Shown one piece after another: positions 1-13,634 of a stretch of DNA of 64,000 bases (the stretch's first letter is position 1; every line of letters starts with the position of its first letter). The notes beneath the pieces are model-generated. The model saw nothing but the letters and a program-made list of their open reading frames with translations. It made no database searches and was not told where the DNA came from. The stretch is from Felis catus (taxonomy: Eukaryota). The DNA lies in contig NC_058368.1 in NCBI RefSeq assembly GCF_018350175.1, positions 108,812,001 through 108,876,000 of the forward strand, in the 5' to 3' direction. The translations under genes and the position numbers were made by a program.

Positions 1-1574
1 CTCAGGTTTTAAACTGGTTTCTATGCATCTGAGAAAATAAACCACACTCTCTGAACAACTTCTCTGTTGCCAGTGTCTCGATTTGACTCAGTCTTAGTAA
101 CTCTCTTGCCTGGTGATTGAGCAGCCATCCAGCCCCCACCCCCAGCAAGCCTCCCTGCCACCAGATGGGCCCCGGAACCCACACCCTGGCAATCTGTGGT
201 CTACTGGGAAGCCAGATGGAGTTTTAGAAAATGCAAATCTGACCAGGTTGATCTGATACTTTATTTTCCAGTCCTCAGGGGGGTTCTGGACCTTGTCCTT
301 CACCTTAGGATAGCAAGAGAGGCCTGCCTCCATCTGGTGCTTCTATTTCCTTATGTCTGCAACTACCAACCTCCTTGATACTCCAGCCAGTAGATACAGT
401 GTGGCTTCTTGGATGAACCATACACCTTTTTTTATACCTCTAAATCTTTACCCACACTGACACCTCAACCTCGAATGCCCTGATCCTGACTCTGCATGGT
501 GAGTTCCAGCTACAGAGACCAACTCAAATGCTGCCTACCTCTGGGTTGTCCACACTATTCTAGGACAGGGCTCTTGTCTGAAATAGGTGGATAGATGGGG
601 ACCCACTGGAAGGACAGCCATTGTAGCCCAGGGTGGCACAGTCTGATCTGAGTGGTGGAGGTTAGGACATCACTGAGTGTGGCTTCCATGTGCCACCTGA
701 CCCCTGAGGTCCCACTGACCCTCTAGCTCTGAGTGCCTCCATCCCTGGCTCTCTTGCATGCTGCCTAGGTGCACTTTCTCCAGGCTGGCATGGTGGGGGA
801 GAGAGGGGAGAGTGAGCCCTCCTCTGTCACCATGCTAAGGAGCAATGTCATTCTCTCTGACAAGTACCATAAAGGCTTAGGATGCTGACATCAGATGCTA
901 GGGTCCCATCCCTCTTCTTTTCTGTTTCCCACCTTGATCCACTCCTCCCCTTGGGTCATGATTAAGGAACAGCCTGGTTGCTTGAATGGGACAAGAAAAC
1001 GTGAGTGATCTACTACCGCAGAAATATACCCTCCACATTCCTCTTCCTAATACAATTTTGTGTTCCCACGAAAACAATTTTCCTCTCACTCATTCTGCCT
1101 CTCTCCAGCCTGGCCCACGGACAGCACTGTGGGTGCTCAGGGAGGATTCTGTGTTGGACTTGGCCCTGGAAGGAGCTGGAGAAGCTGCTGCAGTTTCTGG
1201 TGGAGCCACTAGGGGCAGGCAGGCCACTGGTGAGATGCTCCAGGACACTGGGGGAGGATCTGAGAGCATGGGCCCAAGCTTCCTGATTCTTGGCTAGCTT
1301 TCCCACTTCTACTTCCCTGCCTGTTCGCTCTCCACCCACACCTGGTGGCTGCTCCTGTTTTCATCCCAGCTGAGGCAAGCATTTGTGCACCACTCTCTTG
1401 TTCCCAGGATGAGTCCCTGCTCACCACCTCTTCTTCACTCCCTGGAGAATGGGTCAGCTGCCTTCCACCTGTGCTAGCCCTGCTACCCTCTGCCCTGGTG
1501 GAGAGGAGAGGGACCCAGTGACCTGTCCTGCCATGCTTCTCCCACACCTCGTCCTCAGCAGGCCAGAGCCGAAG

Positions 1575-1760
1575 GTGGATGGAACCAGCTCATACCGGCT
1601 CACAGAGCCAATTGTTAAATCTTGAAAAGTTGCCAGCCAGTTATCAAACCATCCATACCTTGAGACAGGTCACAGTGAGTATTTATGCTATGAACATGGG
1701 CAAATGCTACAAAGCGGACTCCTTGCCCTGGGAATCTGTGGTTTAACTTTTACCAGCTGC
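1575..1760 (+). mobile_element. hAT DNA transposon relic, MER63-like
   Basis: GGAACCAGCTCATACCGGCTCACAGAGCCAATTGTTAAAT resembles the MER63 terminus; boundaries approximate. Confidence 0.55.
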
Positions 1761-4700
1761 TGGAGCTCCCCTCACTTGAGGTGTGGAGAGGTAGCTGGCA
1801 GTCTGCTATGTTGTTCTTACCTGGCTGTCCCCATTCAGAGCCCCTTCTCAAAGCTCTGTTTGTGCTGCAGCCACACTATTCTCACTCCAGGCTGGATGGC
1901 ACTATATTCCTTCAGTGCCTGGGACTTCAGACATTCAGCAAACTCTGGCTGAGCACCTATGTATCAGGGCTTATATTGGACACAGGGATATGGCAGTGAA
2001 CCAGACAGATGGAGGGGATCTGGGGAGGTTGCTTTACATTGAATGGTCTGGGAAGGCTTTCTGAGCAAGTGACACATAGTTTGCAACGTGAATGACAAGA
2101 AAGTGCCAGATGTGTGACAATAAGGGAGGAAAGAGCTCCAGACAGAGGGAACAGTGCAAAGATCCAGAGACTGAAATGGGCTGAAAGCATTCACAGAACA
2201 GAGATGACCTATGATAGAAGTGGAATCTGGTGGGGGGCCCACAACCCTTCTTCAGCTTCTCTTTCTCTCCTCAGGCCCAGGCCCAGCCCAGGCCCTGTGT
2301 TAGTGACTGAGGACTACAGGAGGCAGGAGGTGGTGGTCAGGCCAGACACAGACCTGGCCCAGGAAGATCTGAAGGTGTGAGGGAGGGAAGTCAGCAAAGA
2401 TAGCCCCACAAAGCAGGGGAAAGACAAGTGGAGGTGACACGACTGAGAGTAGGTGAGCCTTTTCCAATATTCTGGGGTCTCACCACTGCCCTTCTTACAG
2501 AACAGATGAACTGAGGCTCACCCTTGATCCCAAACCCGAGAACAAGCCTGGGGCCAGCACAGCCCTGGGTTGGGGCCCAGAAACAAGTCAGGTTGGGGCA
2601 CTGTTATATCATGCTCAGCTGCCTGCAGGGAGAGGGCTTATGACTCCCTGGCCCAATGGGAGGCCCCAGGGTGCTCACATCTCCCTGGTATGTCTGTCAG
2701 TTTCATGCTTTCTCTCCAAAGGCTACCCAGAGTGTCCTTAGTGCCAGATCTATAAGTCTATTTGCCACTAGTGGGCAGCAAAGCCCCATCAAAAGTCCCA
2801 GGATGGCCTTTTGAAAGTCAAAGTTCCCACCTTCCCAAATCCAAGGTGCCTTTTCAGCGGGAAAGTAGATGAATTCAGCCAGGAATTTTATTTTATTTTT
2901 TTAATTTTAATTTAAGAAACATTATAGTTTTTCACTGGAAGGGCAATATAAGATAGCATGTATCCTCTTCACTGAAAAATTTGTAAATTCAGAAAAATAA
3001 AGCAGAGAGAAATTGCTAGGAAGGCCAGTGTTTAAGGAGAGGCCCCTTCAGAGAGGCATCACTCACCTCACTCCATAGTGTGAATCCTCCTGCTTCAGGA
3101 CAGGCTCTGCTCCTCCCACCCTGTCCTGGAAACTTCATTTGACTCAGTTCAGTAAATAACCTGGGGACCCACCATAGCTTACCCAGGCTGGGGTGGGGGA
3201 CTGGGGAGATACTGAGTCAGGCCCTTGGGGGCCTTTTGACCATGTCCAATTTGGCCTAGCACAGTGTGGTGGGGGTTATTTCAGACAGAGCAATGGATGA
3301 ACAGGTATGGGTCTTGTTAGAGGGGCTTGCCACAAAGGGTGATGCAAAGAGAGCTTGAGAAGGGACTAGGGGTTCATCTTGCAGAGAGAGATACAGAAAA
3401 GGATGTCTGGCAGATGACACTGGGGAGAAAGAGAATGAAGATCTAAAAGTACAGGGTAGGCTGGGAGCACAGGAGCATCTAGGCCACTTAACAGGGCCAG
3501 AGTTGGGTGCTAAGCGGCTTGGTGGAACCAGGCCCTCCACTCACTGCCTTTGCCCCTAGAGCCCAGTCACCCAGGGCCCCCAGCACCTCTGGGTCTCAGC
3601 CTCGTCCCCTCCCCCATTCATTCCTCTCTGATCCCAGGCCAGCCCAGCCTGGCCTGGCCACTGTGGAGACAGCAAGACTGAACAACCATGGCCTGAGAAG
3701 TGATGGGTGTGTGAAGGGAGAGACAAAGGATGGGGTCACAACAGAAACCATGTTTAACATCCACAAGAAAGATCCAGAACAGAGGGAGAGAGGTGCTGAA
3801 GGAAAGAAGAGCTGGTCAAGCAGAACAGGACCCCTGGCCCATGGTGGCAGGGAGGGTGAGGCAGAGGCTGTCTGGGCCAGAGTAGAGTGTTGAGTGAATT
3901 CCCACTGGGAGCCAGGGCCTCAATTTTTCCCTTGAAAACCTCAGGTCAGGCTTCTGGAGGGGGTGTGAGAGATGGATCAGGCAAAGTTGCTGCTGTCCTC
4001 CTGGACCATGGAGGGCTCAGGGAATCCCCTCAATGACCCCATCTGTGATTAACCCCAGTTTACAAATAAACTGAGGCACAGAGAAATTAAGGGAGCCTCT
4101 GACTCCAGAGACTGTGAATCCTTAATCCACAGTGCTTTGGCCAATGCTAACTGAGGCACAGGAGCCTTTCAAGTGTAGTCTCCTGGCTGGATCCAGGCCT
4201 CCGGAGGGACCTCCTAGCTCTGCGGCCTTGTGGTTCCAGCCCCAGTGGTGAGCAGCACAGCCACAGAGCCTCAGCTCCACCCCACCAAGCCACCACACAC
4301 ATAGCACCCAAATCCTCTACATGCCCACTGTCTCCTCCTACCCAGTGACCCCCACATACACACACACTGGGGCTGAGATGCAGAGCTTGGCCCTCATTGC
4401 TCCTGTCCATGTGTCCCCCATTCCCACATGCCTCATGGAGTTTCTGAGAGAAACCACCGGCTCACAGCTCTCTCCTGCCTTGGCCAGCAGTCAGGGCCTC
4501 CCTACTCCCACCCAGCTCCTCAAAGACCCCAGGGTCAGCTTTCACTGCAGTTTTGGCTCGTTCTTTGATACCCTCCCCCTTCCCTCCGCAAACCCTCCCT
4601 GCTCCCTATGCTCACAAAGTCCTAGTCTGAAGCCTTCTTACTGCTTCCTCAGACCGGCACTCCCAACCCCACCTGCCCCTGAGACTTCCTTCAGCAGCAC

Positions 4701-7700
4701 TGTGCAAGTATCCTGCAAGTGTCCTGACTGAGCCCTGCCCTAGAGGGCACATGGGCTATGCTTGAAACCAACCAAGTGCAGCCAGGGACAGCAGGCTGTG
4801 TGGATGAACACATGCTCCTCTGAGGTGACCATGTTAGGGAGGAATGGGCCTCTGGAAGGGGAGGGGAAGGACAGGGGCCAGCTGTGACTGGGTGTGGAGA
4901 GAACATAGTCATAGCACAGAGCTATAAGAGCATGGGAGTGGGCAGTGGGTTGATGGAGTGCTCTCTCTTCTCCATTGTGTCTGTCCTGCTTCTTGTATGC
5001 GAGCAGGGTCCCTCCTGAATATGGTAATAAAAACAACAGACAGCCACTCCTCCCCCTCAGAGAGGTTGTGAACCCTGAGAGGCATGAAACACTGGGGATG
5101 GGCCCACCTGCATCAGTGGGTACCCAATAGGTATGACTGTTCTCCTCAGCTGATGGCCAGACTCAATGACTCCTTGTTCCTATGAGGCAAGACCCTGGGA
5201 CCTTTCCTCCTGAGGACAGCCTGGGACCACCTCCTCCTTGCCAGAACGAGGTGGGGGACAGGACTAGGGAGGACAGCCCCCTGTCCTGATGTTCTTAGTT
5301 GGCTCTTTCCCTGTGACTGTGCCATTTCCCAGTCAGTGGACCTCAAATACCCAGCTGCCCAGCAGGGTTTTCCTCCTGGGGCTGGGTGTGGGGAGGTATT
5401 GAGGCACTGGGGAGGGGTCTGTATAGGGAAACTCCTTTCAGGGAAGCCTACCTCCACACCAGGAGAAGTCTCTGGAGGCCGTCCACATCCCGGTAATTAC
5501 TCTCCTCTCAAGGCCAGGAAGATAGATGCTGGGGGGCCGGGGAGGGGGGGGAAGGGTGGGGGTTTGTGGGGGAGGGAGGGAAGGCATCCAGTCAGTCAAA
5601 ATAGAAAACATCCCTCCATGTAGCCCGGCACTCTCCAAAAACTGCATAGTGTGCCTCCATCCTCTTGTGGAGATGAGCCAGTTGGGGCTCAGAGGTTGGA
5701 GTCATAGCCTGAGGTCATGCAGCAAGAAGGGCCAAGCTTAGAGGCAAGCCTCCAACTCTGCATTCATAGTGGAGGGAGTTGTTGCACCCCAGCAGGCTAA
5801 ATAGGGAACTAGGCTACAACCCATACTAGGGGTGGCCTGTGGGAGTGAGAAATAAATGTGTGTTCAGGGAGAGGGAGTTTTGAATCTGTTGCCCCAGGGC
5901 TGGGAGGAGAAATCTCCAAGGACCACCTTTAGCCATCCCAGAGACACTTTGTGGACCCCCCCCCCCCAACTCTCTTCATTATCACTTTTATCACCACTCC
6001 TCTTGGGCCCTCTGCCTCACAGCAGGGGCTGTTCACTTCTGTGAGGGGCTAGGGGAGTATGGTGCCAGAATGAGTTGGGTGCTCTGCCCAGAGGCAGAGA
6101 TACATAATAGAGGGTAGAGGGTATGGCCTTGGGGTTCAAGGCCAGGGCCCTCTGGGATCTGAAGAACCAGAAGCAAGGGATGTGCCTGCCTAAACAGTGC
6201 CTCAGTGAAAGCCCAAGCGAGCCCTGGCACTTCAGAAATGTCCTGAAGGAGCTCATTCCAGAACCACCAGAACTGAAAGCCCACATCTGCAACCTTGATT
6301 CTGACCCACCAGCCCCAGAGGAAGGCAGGTATGAGAGCTGGGTACAGATCCCCAGGTACTCAACCAGCACATTGGCCTGGATTTCAGCCTCAAAAACCAA
6401 GGACAGGGAGGGGCATAAGACTTGGGAGGTTGAAAAGGCTTCTGGTAAAGATTTCTCTTCCTTTTCATTTTTAATGCAGTATCCAATGGCTCTTTCCCAA
6501 GGAGACAGATAAAGAAAGTGGCTCCTTCTGGATGCCTGATGACATTCCTACCTGGGGATGAGGCCAAGAGACAGAGATTCACAGGCAGAGGATGCATTTC
6601 CAGCCTTGGAGAAAGTACTCTGGGCAGGAGGCATAAGTGGTGGAGAGGGCATCATGGAGGGCATGCCTGATGAACCCATCTGTGGGATGTTACCAGCCTG
6701 AGTGTGCAGTTAGGAAACAGCAAGGAAGTCCCAAGAACCAAGAAAGGAAGCAAAAAAGGGTGTCTCATCATCCTTGGCCCAGTCTTACAAGTTGGTGCTC
6801 CTGGGCACTACCCAAGGCCCAGCTTACTTTGTGCAGCCCTCTGGTGAGAAGAACTTCCTCTTTACCAATGACTTCCAAGTGTCTTGGGTCCTGACCTCTC
6901 CCTGACCTCTGGGCCCATGTAGCCACAACTGAAGGAGTCTTCCTGGAGGTTCCCTGGCCTCTTAAACTTGCCACATCCAGTCCAGTCTAGAACAACTCCC
7001 CAAACCTCTCTGCTACCTTGGGTCTCTCCCATTTCATCAAATAACCTCACTGTCCACACAGCTGCCTGAGCCAGAACCCTGAGTATCAGACTCCTCGTTC
7101 ACCTCTTGCCCCAAACCCACACATGCAACATGTCCCCTCAAGGCCTTCTTTGAATTTGTTTCACTCTTATTTGTTGATTCCCCCTCTTGTCTCTTCATTC
7201 TCTGTGCATGGTTGGTTGATGCCCTCAACATGGTGTCCATGAGTCTAGGCATTGCCCTCCCTCTCCCTACCTAATGTGACCACCAAACATGAGCTCCAAG
7301 TACAGCCACAAGAGGTAGGTCCTCCTATAGGCTTGAATGCAGAAAGTCCACACATGGTTAATGGTTAATCACCTTCAGATCCTCCCAGACCAGTCAGGAC
7401 TCACCAGTACCAGGGACTGGGGACACCCAAAAAACAGGATCAGAATTAGGACTTGGACAGGCTGGGTCTTTTTGAGGTGTACCTCTGGGGACCTAGACAG
7501 AGGAGATGCCAGAGTGATCTGCCTGGAGCTGCGACCACAAAGGCCAAAGATGTTGCTTTGTGTGTCTGGTGTGGCCTGGAGTGACCGGGATCATTTCTCA
7601 GGGAAAAATGAGCAACTCCTGGTGCTGTCCCTGCACCAGGGTCTCTTGAGTACAGTGCCAGGACCCTGTGAGCCCTGAATCTGGGTGGAGGTTGGGCTTT

Positions 7701-8399
7701 CTACCTCATTGCATCTGTCCATAAAGATGCTGTCAGAGGCTATGGCTGGGCAAGGGGCATGTGTCCCTGATAATTCCAGCAAGGCTGAGTCTTCTGCCCA
7801 ATTTGGGCTTCAGAAGCCTCCCAAAGTGATGGGAAGAGGAGAAGAAAGGTTGAAGCACTACCTCCTTCCTGGGAGGTTTCTCCCACAAAGTTTCTGGATA
7901 GACAAAAGTTTCCTCTGTGAGGCAGCAATAATTAAACCCATTGTAGAGATGAGGGACCCAAGGCTCAGGGAAGAGGGACTTCCTTGGGCTACCCAGGGAT
8001 CAGTGGTGGAGAGCCCAAACCTGAAACACAGAGATGCCTGGGTGACAGGCTCTATTGGGGAAATTCTGCCCTTGGCCTTCAGGGTTTCCCTGAGACATTC
8101 ACAGGCCACTCTGGCTTCCCTGCCAACACTTGTAAGAGTCTCCTTTTAAGCTGCCCTAATGGGGAACATCCCTCATCTGTCTAGCCAGGCAACCAGCATT
8201 TCCTGGCATTCTGATCCCTGAGATAGTAACAGAAACATCAGGGGAGCAGGAACAGATATGGGTTCAATTCCTGTCTCTGCCATCACAGACTGTGTGGGTG
8301 GGCCTCTGGTCGCCTAGACTCCCACACCATGGGTTGGCAGGTCTAGGGAGTATGTGATCAGCTGATATGTCTGTGTAGGGGTTCCCTGGGACATGATGC

Positions 8400-8900
8400 A
8401 CTAGGACGCCTGTTTCCTTCAAGCTGTGGTAACTTCCTCTCTGATATGGAGCCTGGGGTAGCCACATACCCATTTCCTCCAGAGCCTATAGGAGGATGCT
8501 CACAGGAAACCCCTTCCAGAGGGTTTTCTCCTGGCCCTGTGGGAAGGGGCCAAAGAGGAGTCACACTGTTCATCACAGTCCCCGCCCCAACCCTCCCACT
8601 GTTCTATCTGGGGCCCTTGAGTCAGCACACCCGCTCGATGTTATCGCTGCCACTTTCCATGCGGTGCAATCTAGGAATGTCTGTCTGTGTCACGGCCTCA
8701 GCCTTGATGTCATCTCTCCAAAAAAAAAAAAAAAAAAGGAGAAGAAGATGTGTTTCTGCCCACGAACCTCATGGCCAAACCCAGGAACTCTGTCTTTCCC
8801 ATGATGACTTTGGTACCTATAGGCCAGCTGCTGGCATGGATCTCTCCTATGACTCCTGCTTTTCCTCCTTTCCTGCTCTACTGGAACCCTGGCCACTGGC
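8400..8900 (+). promoter_or_regulatory. Probable orthologue of the GM-CSF -3 kb inducible enhancer
   Basis: About 3 kb upstream of the TATA box; GC box near 8580; AP-1 TGAGTCA 8618-8624; GATA TTATC near 8641; TGATGTCATCTCTCCA 8705-8720 and TGACTCCTGCTTTTCC 8850-8865 resemble the human composite NFAT/AP-1 elements in the expected order; boundaries approximate. Confidence 0.75.
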
Positions 8901-9199
8901 CAGTGTCTCACGTTTCTAGCATGCCCCTAGCCCTTAAAAACTGCTGTGCTGGCCCTCAGCCCTTCTTTTGACTTTCTGTGGCCTTAGTGGTTGCATGGAC
9001 AGGAACCACTCACAGGCAGATCTGTCTTCTGCACAAGCAGCCTCCAAACTGCTGAAACTTCCTGTAGGTCCATAGACACTGCAAACCTGCTTCTTCATCC
9101 CTGGGTCCCCATCTTAGATACCTTGACAGTGGTTCTAACTCTTCTTATGTACATTAAAAAGCACATAAGAGAGGGTGTTGAGTAGATTAATCTTGCTCT

Positions 9200-9325
9200 T
9201 TCATTCGTAGAGCTATAAATTCCATAAAGGCAGGGCCCTGTAGGTTTTCCATCATCCTTGTATCCTCTTCCCCTCCTGGGAACCTAGTAGGTACTCAATA
9301 AAAATGAATGAATGACTGAATTACT
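9200..9325 (+). mobile_element. L2 3' end relic
   Basis: ...TAGTAGGTACTCAATAAAAATGAATGAATGA, a typical L2 tail. Confidence 0.55.
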
Positions 9326-11594
9326 CCATTATATCATCTAGTCCTATAAATTTCTACCTCCTAAATATCTCTGGAAACTGCCTCCTCTTTTCCATACCTA
9401 TTCCTAAAACTTGCTGTCTCTCCATTCCCCATTCTTCCACTAGCCTGTCCTCTCCCTCCCTCCCACAATGTGACTTGCCCACCTGACGTTACCTCTCCTT
9501 TCAGCCTGCACAGGGAGGCAGCATCCCCTAGGGAGGCTCTTTGGTCCCCATGGATCCCCAAGTTGTGAGAAGTGTTTTCTTGGGATCCTTCAGCTCTGAA
9601 CTTCTTCCCTGCCTGGATCTACACAGTGGGAGGATCCACTGCTCTCTCTCTCTCTCTCTCTACCAGGCTGAGAGCCTCCAGGGCCAGAAGTGAGGGCCAG
9701 TGGGAGGGTCCCATCCACCTCCTCCCCAGCACAGAGCCTGGTACAGATTGGAAATATTTGTTGACTAACTGTCTGAGCTGTGACGACTCATTTCTAAAAG
9801 GAAAGTGACCTTCCATCTTAGAGGGACCACACCAGCTCTATGCCTCCCTGACTACTCACTTAGCCACTCACTGTGGTTCCCACTCTCTACCACCCAGGTT
9901 CCAGATCACGGTCTGACACAGATCTCCACTCTGTGTAGCATCTGCATCTAGTATCCTCAACTACTCTGGTGCCTCCTAAGCACTTCCTAGAAGGGGCTGA
10001 GCAGAGCCCTCATGGAAAAGGGGGAAGGACCAGGGCCTGGACACTCTACACCCTCACTCTAGCCTGGCCACCTAGGAATGTTCCACCAGGCTCAGAGGGC
10101 AGGGCTGGCCTCATGTTGGGTCCCAGACCCTGGGAGGGGATGCAGCTAGGTCTGGAGGACTAAGGTATGTCTTCCCTGTGCCAGTGCAGCAACGCTCCTG
10201 CCCTATGGTGAAACCTGCCAGGGCTGCAGGCTCAGGGCACGGTACTTAGACCCTAAGTTCTACCTGCTCTCGAGGGGTGTCTACTTGAGTCCAGCAGAAT
10301 GTCATTAATGTGTCCGACTGCATCAATCTAGACTGAATCTGGGGCCCCAAAACATCACAGTTAGTGTGGGGAGCTTTTCCCATATCAGAAGGGCACCTGC
10401 AGAGGCATGGGGGCTCACATGGATGTACCTCATGTAAAAGTCCCCTGCCCAACACACTTGGAAGTACAGACACATCCAATCACACTGGCACACAGACACT
10501 GAGAAATGCACATGTGTGCAGCCACACCCTGTGGCTAAGAAACTCACAGCATGGGGCAGCAAACACAAACTCGTGCTGTCCTCTCCAAACTCCATTGTGA
10601 AAAGCAAACACTTGTCAGCCCCTCAAGAGACTGGCTTTTTCAGAAACAGTTCCTGTTCCTCAGAGAGGCCTCTGGAGCTGGAGGTGAGCTGGGGCAGGGG
10701 CCCTGTAAAAATTATGCCTGGAAGATCTTGTTTGAGAAGCCATTGTTCCCTGAAGCTCCTGGCACCTGCCAGGGGCTCTACAAAGGAGCGCAATGTCTAT
10801 CTCAGAAGGGTAGTCTGGTCCACAGAAGGAGGTGAGGCTCTATAGCTCAGAGGGAAGAGTCACTCAGCAAGGTGGTACTGGAGTCAGAATTTGAACTCAG
10901 GGCCCTCACCCACCCCAGCTGATCTCTGCAGCCTGGGGGTTAAACACAGCTTTGAAAACCAGAACTGTTGCTGTCAGATGGGATCTTACCACGAAGGAAT
11001 GCTCTGCAATCTTGTTGGCTGGACATGATGTGCACACATGTGTCATTCTCTCTGCTCACAGGGGGCTATGAGGCAGAGGTCCCTGGCTGAGCAGGCCTTG
11101 TTGACTGTTTTGGATCCTGCTCTGGATCGCAGGACTGTGCCATTTGTCTGGAATGTGCCTAGGTGGACTGTGGTGCAGGCCTGTGAAGGTCTTCCTCCCA
11201 CTCAGATCTTTCACTGTGGCCAGAGGAAAGGGATCTAGGAGGAGAAGGGAAGGCTGATGTTAGAATGGGCCCCAGGGTGGGCACAGCCAGCGCAGAGCCT
11301 TCTTGGGATTAGAGGCAGGGTGGGGAGCCTGGGTGTAGGAGCTCGATCCAGTGTCCGGATCCAGTGTCCGGGGCCCAGGCCCCGCCCTGGCCACTCCAGG
11401 CCAGGAAGTCGAAACTGTGCCCAGAGGCTCCTCAGAGGAAGGGGGCAGCCTCATTGGGCAGACTAGCCAGGGAAGGCTGGAGGGTGCTCAAGGAGGCAGG
11501 CGGATGCGCTGCCAATTCTTGGAAGGACTTATTAACGAAAACCCCTGAGCCTGACCACCTGGAGGAAAGGCTCACCGTTCCCATGTGTGATAAG

Positions 11595-11690
11595 GGCCAG
11601 GAGATTCCACAGGTCAGGTAGTTCCCCCGCCTCCCTGGCGTTTTGTGGTCACCATTAATCATTTCCTCTAACTGTGTATATAAGAGCTCT
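11595..11690 (+). promoter_or_regulatory. CSF2: CSF2 proximal promoter
   Basis: CK-1 GAGATTCCAC 11601-11610; kB-like TCAGGTAGTTCCCC plus GC box 11614-11631; RUNX TGTGGTC 11644-11650; CLE0 ATTAATCATTTCCT 11654-11667; TATATAA 11677-11683. Confidence 0.93.
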
Positions 11691-11740
11691 TTTGCCAGTG
11701 AGCCCAGTGCTCAGAGAGAAAGGCTAAAGTCCTCAGGAGG

Positions 11741-11899
11741 ATGTGGCTGCAGAACCTGCTTTTCCTGGGCACTGTGGTCTGCAGCATCTCTGCACCCACC
11801 AGTTCACCCAGCTCTGTCACTCGGCCCTGGCAACACGTGGATGCCATCAAGGAGGCCCTGAGCCTTCTGAACAACAGTAGTGAAATAACTGCTGTGATG
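11741..11899 (+). CDS. CSF2: CSF2 exon 1 coding part (signal peptide, helix A)
   Basis: ATG at 11741; 159 bp; donor GTGAGT at 11900. Confidence 0.98.
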
Positions 11900-13634
11900 G
11901 TGAGTGAGGAAGGGAGTGCGGTCCGTGCCTGAGCCATCTCACTGGCCTGGAGTGGCCCTGTCAGTTTGATAACACGGTATTTTCCTTTTCTACAGAATGA
12001 AGCAGTAGAAGTCGTCTCTGAAATGTTTGACCCTGAGGTAAGATACTCCTCTCTGACACACCTTCCCAGAGGCCTCTACCTTGGGGGGTGGCTCCATTTT
12101 AGATGGACTCTCACAAAGTCCACTTTCTCTCCAGTCACCTGGCTGCCAGAAGGAGGGGTGTTCAGGTGGCCACGGGCCTTGCCCCTGTGGCAGACATGTA
12201 AACTCTTTTGTTAGCTGAGCAGCCATGGACAGACCTAGCATTCAAGGGGGTGGGAGTCACCAGGGAACGGGTAAGTAAGCAGGAGTTACTTTGAGACCAA
12301 GCCCTGTGGAGACAAGAGTGCTGACTACAGAGAGGCGCAGAGGTATTTCAGGGTCAAGCCTTGTTCACATAGCAGGTCTGGGGGATGTCCCATCCTGCTC
12401 CTTACTGCCCGAATGGTTGGGGGATAGCAACCTCCTTCCCTGGGGACTGGGACCCTCTTGAGATGCCAGGGAATGTGGCTGTGCTAGCTGAGGGGGGCCT
12501 GAGCTGAATGGTGCAGATTTATGTTTACATGAACACAGCAGTACGGATGACTAGACCCGACATCACCCTGTTCCCCTCCCAAACCCTACTCCTGGGGACA
12601 GGGCTGAGAACAGGAAAGAGTGACAGGGAGGTTGTCATGCGCCCACCAGAGGGCACTTGGCCACTTCTCACCAAGGAATGGACGTTTCCCACAGGAGCCG
12701 AAATGCCTGCAGACTCACCTAAAGCTGTACGAGCAGGGCCTACGGGGCAGCCTCATCAGCCTCAAGGAGCCTCTGAGAATGATGGCCAACCATTACAAGC
12801 AGCACTGCCCCCTTACTCCGGTGAGTGCCCATGTCAGGGTCCCAAGCTGGAATGTCTTGGCCTAGGAGGGTTGAGGACTGGGTAAAAGGAGAGGCCTTTC
12901 ACTGTAGCTGTTCAGGACCCTAAAGGGTTTTTGTGTCAACAGATTTATAATGATTAGCCCCTTCAGAGGGTCAGCAGCCCTGATTATTTTTATCTCTTGG
13001 AGTTAAAGCCATGGAGCTGGGAGCCTACATACTCCCTAGTGGGAGTAGGCTTATGCTCTTATTATCATTAATGAGCTCAGTGGTGAGGCAAACCCAAGGA
13101 AACTCAGGGCCTGCCTAAGGTCCAGGATACATTCCTGAGCCCAAGTGCTACCTCCCAACAGGACTTTTCCCTGGCCCCTTGTGAGGTGCCTAAATTGCAT
13201 GGGAGTTAGGAGGGGGTCATATCCGGATTGGACAAAGGCCCCAAACAGTCCTTTCCTGTGAGGAGTGAGGTCTGTGGACTTGACTCCTGCTCCTTCTGGG
13301 TCGCTGGAGCTGGCCTCTGAGGAAAGAGGCAATTTGTCAGGTGCCTGTCCCGGGCTGCGACTGGAGGAGTTGTGCACCCTTTGAGTGACATATGGTGGCA
13401 ACCTGTCACCTGATCCAGGTCAGCAGGCGGGCCCAGAATGGGTTCTAACAGGCTGTGCAGAAACACACTGGTGCTTCCCTCACATTACCCATTCATACCT
13501 GGACCCAAAGTTTTCTTTTTCTTATTTTTAAGGAAACGCCCTGTGAAACCCAGACTATCACCTTCAAAAATTTCAAAGAAAATCTGAAAGATTTTCTGTT
13601 TAACATCCCCTTTGACTGCTGGAAGCCAGTCTAG
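11741..13634 (+). CDS. CSF2: Granulocyte-macrophage colony-stimulating factor, join(11741..11899,11996..12037,12695..12820,13533..13634), 142 aa precursor
   Basis: Spliced translation [142 protein letters not shown]; three GT-AG phase-0 introns; four conserved Cys. Confidence 0.99.
11996..12037 (+). CDS. CSF2: CSF2 exon 2
   Basis: Acceptor TTTTCTACAG; 42 bp [14 protein letters not shown]; donor GTAAGA. Confidence 0.98.
12695..12820 (+). CDS. CSF2: CSF2 exon 3
   Basis: Acceptor TTTCCCACAG; 126 bp EPKCLQTHL...HCPLTP; donor GTGAGT. Confidence 0.98.
13533..13634 (+). CDS. CSF2: CSF2 exon 4 coding part
   Basis: Acceptor [44 protein letters not shown] then TAG at 13632-13634; second in-frame stop TGA at 13638-13640. 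Confidence 0.97.
   Translation, partial: ETPCETQTITFKNFKENLKDFLFNIPFDCWKPV

Noticed and set aside
1..3000. Possible IL3 exons or 3'UTR, expected upstream of CSF2 by synteny
   Set aside because: No IL-3-like translation or ATTTA cluster seen; IL3 probably lies before the window
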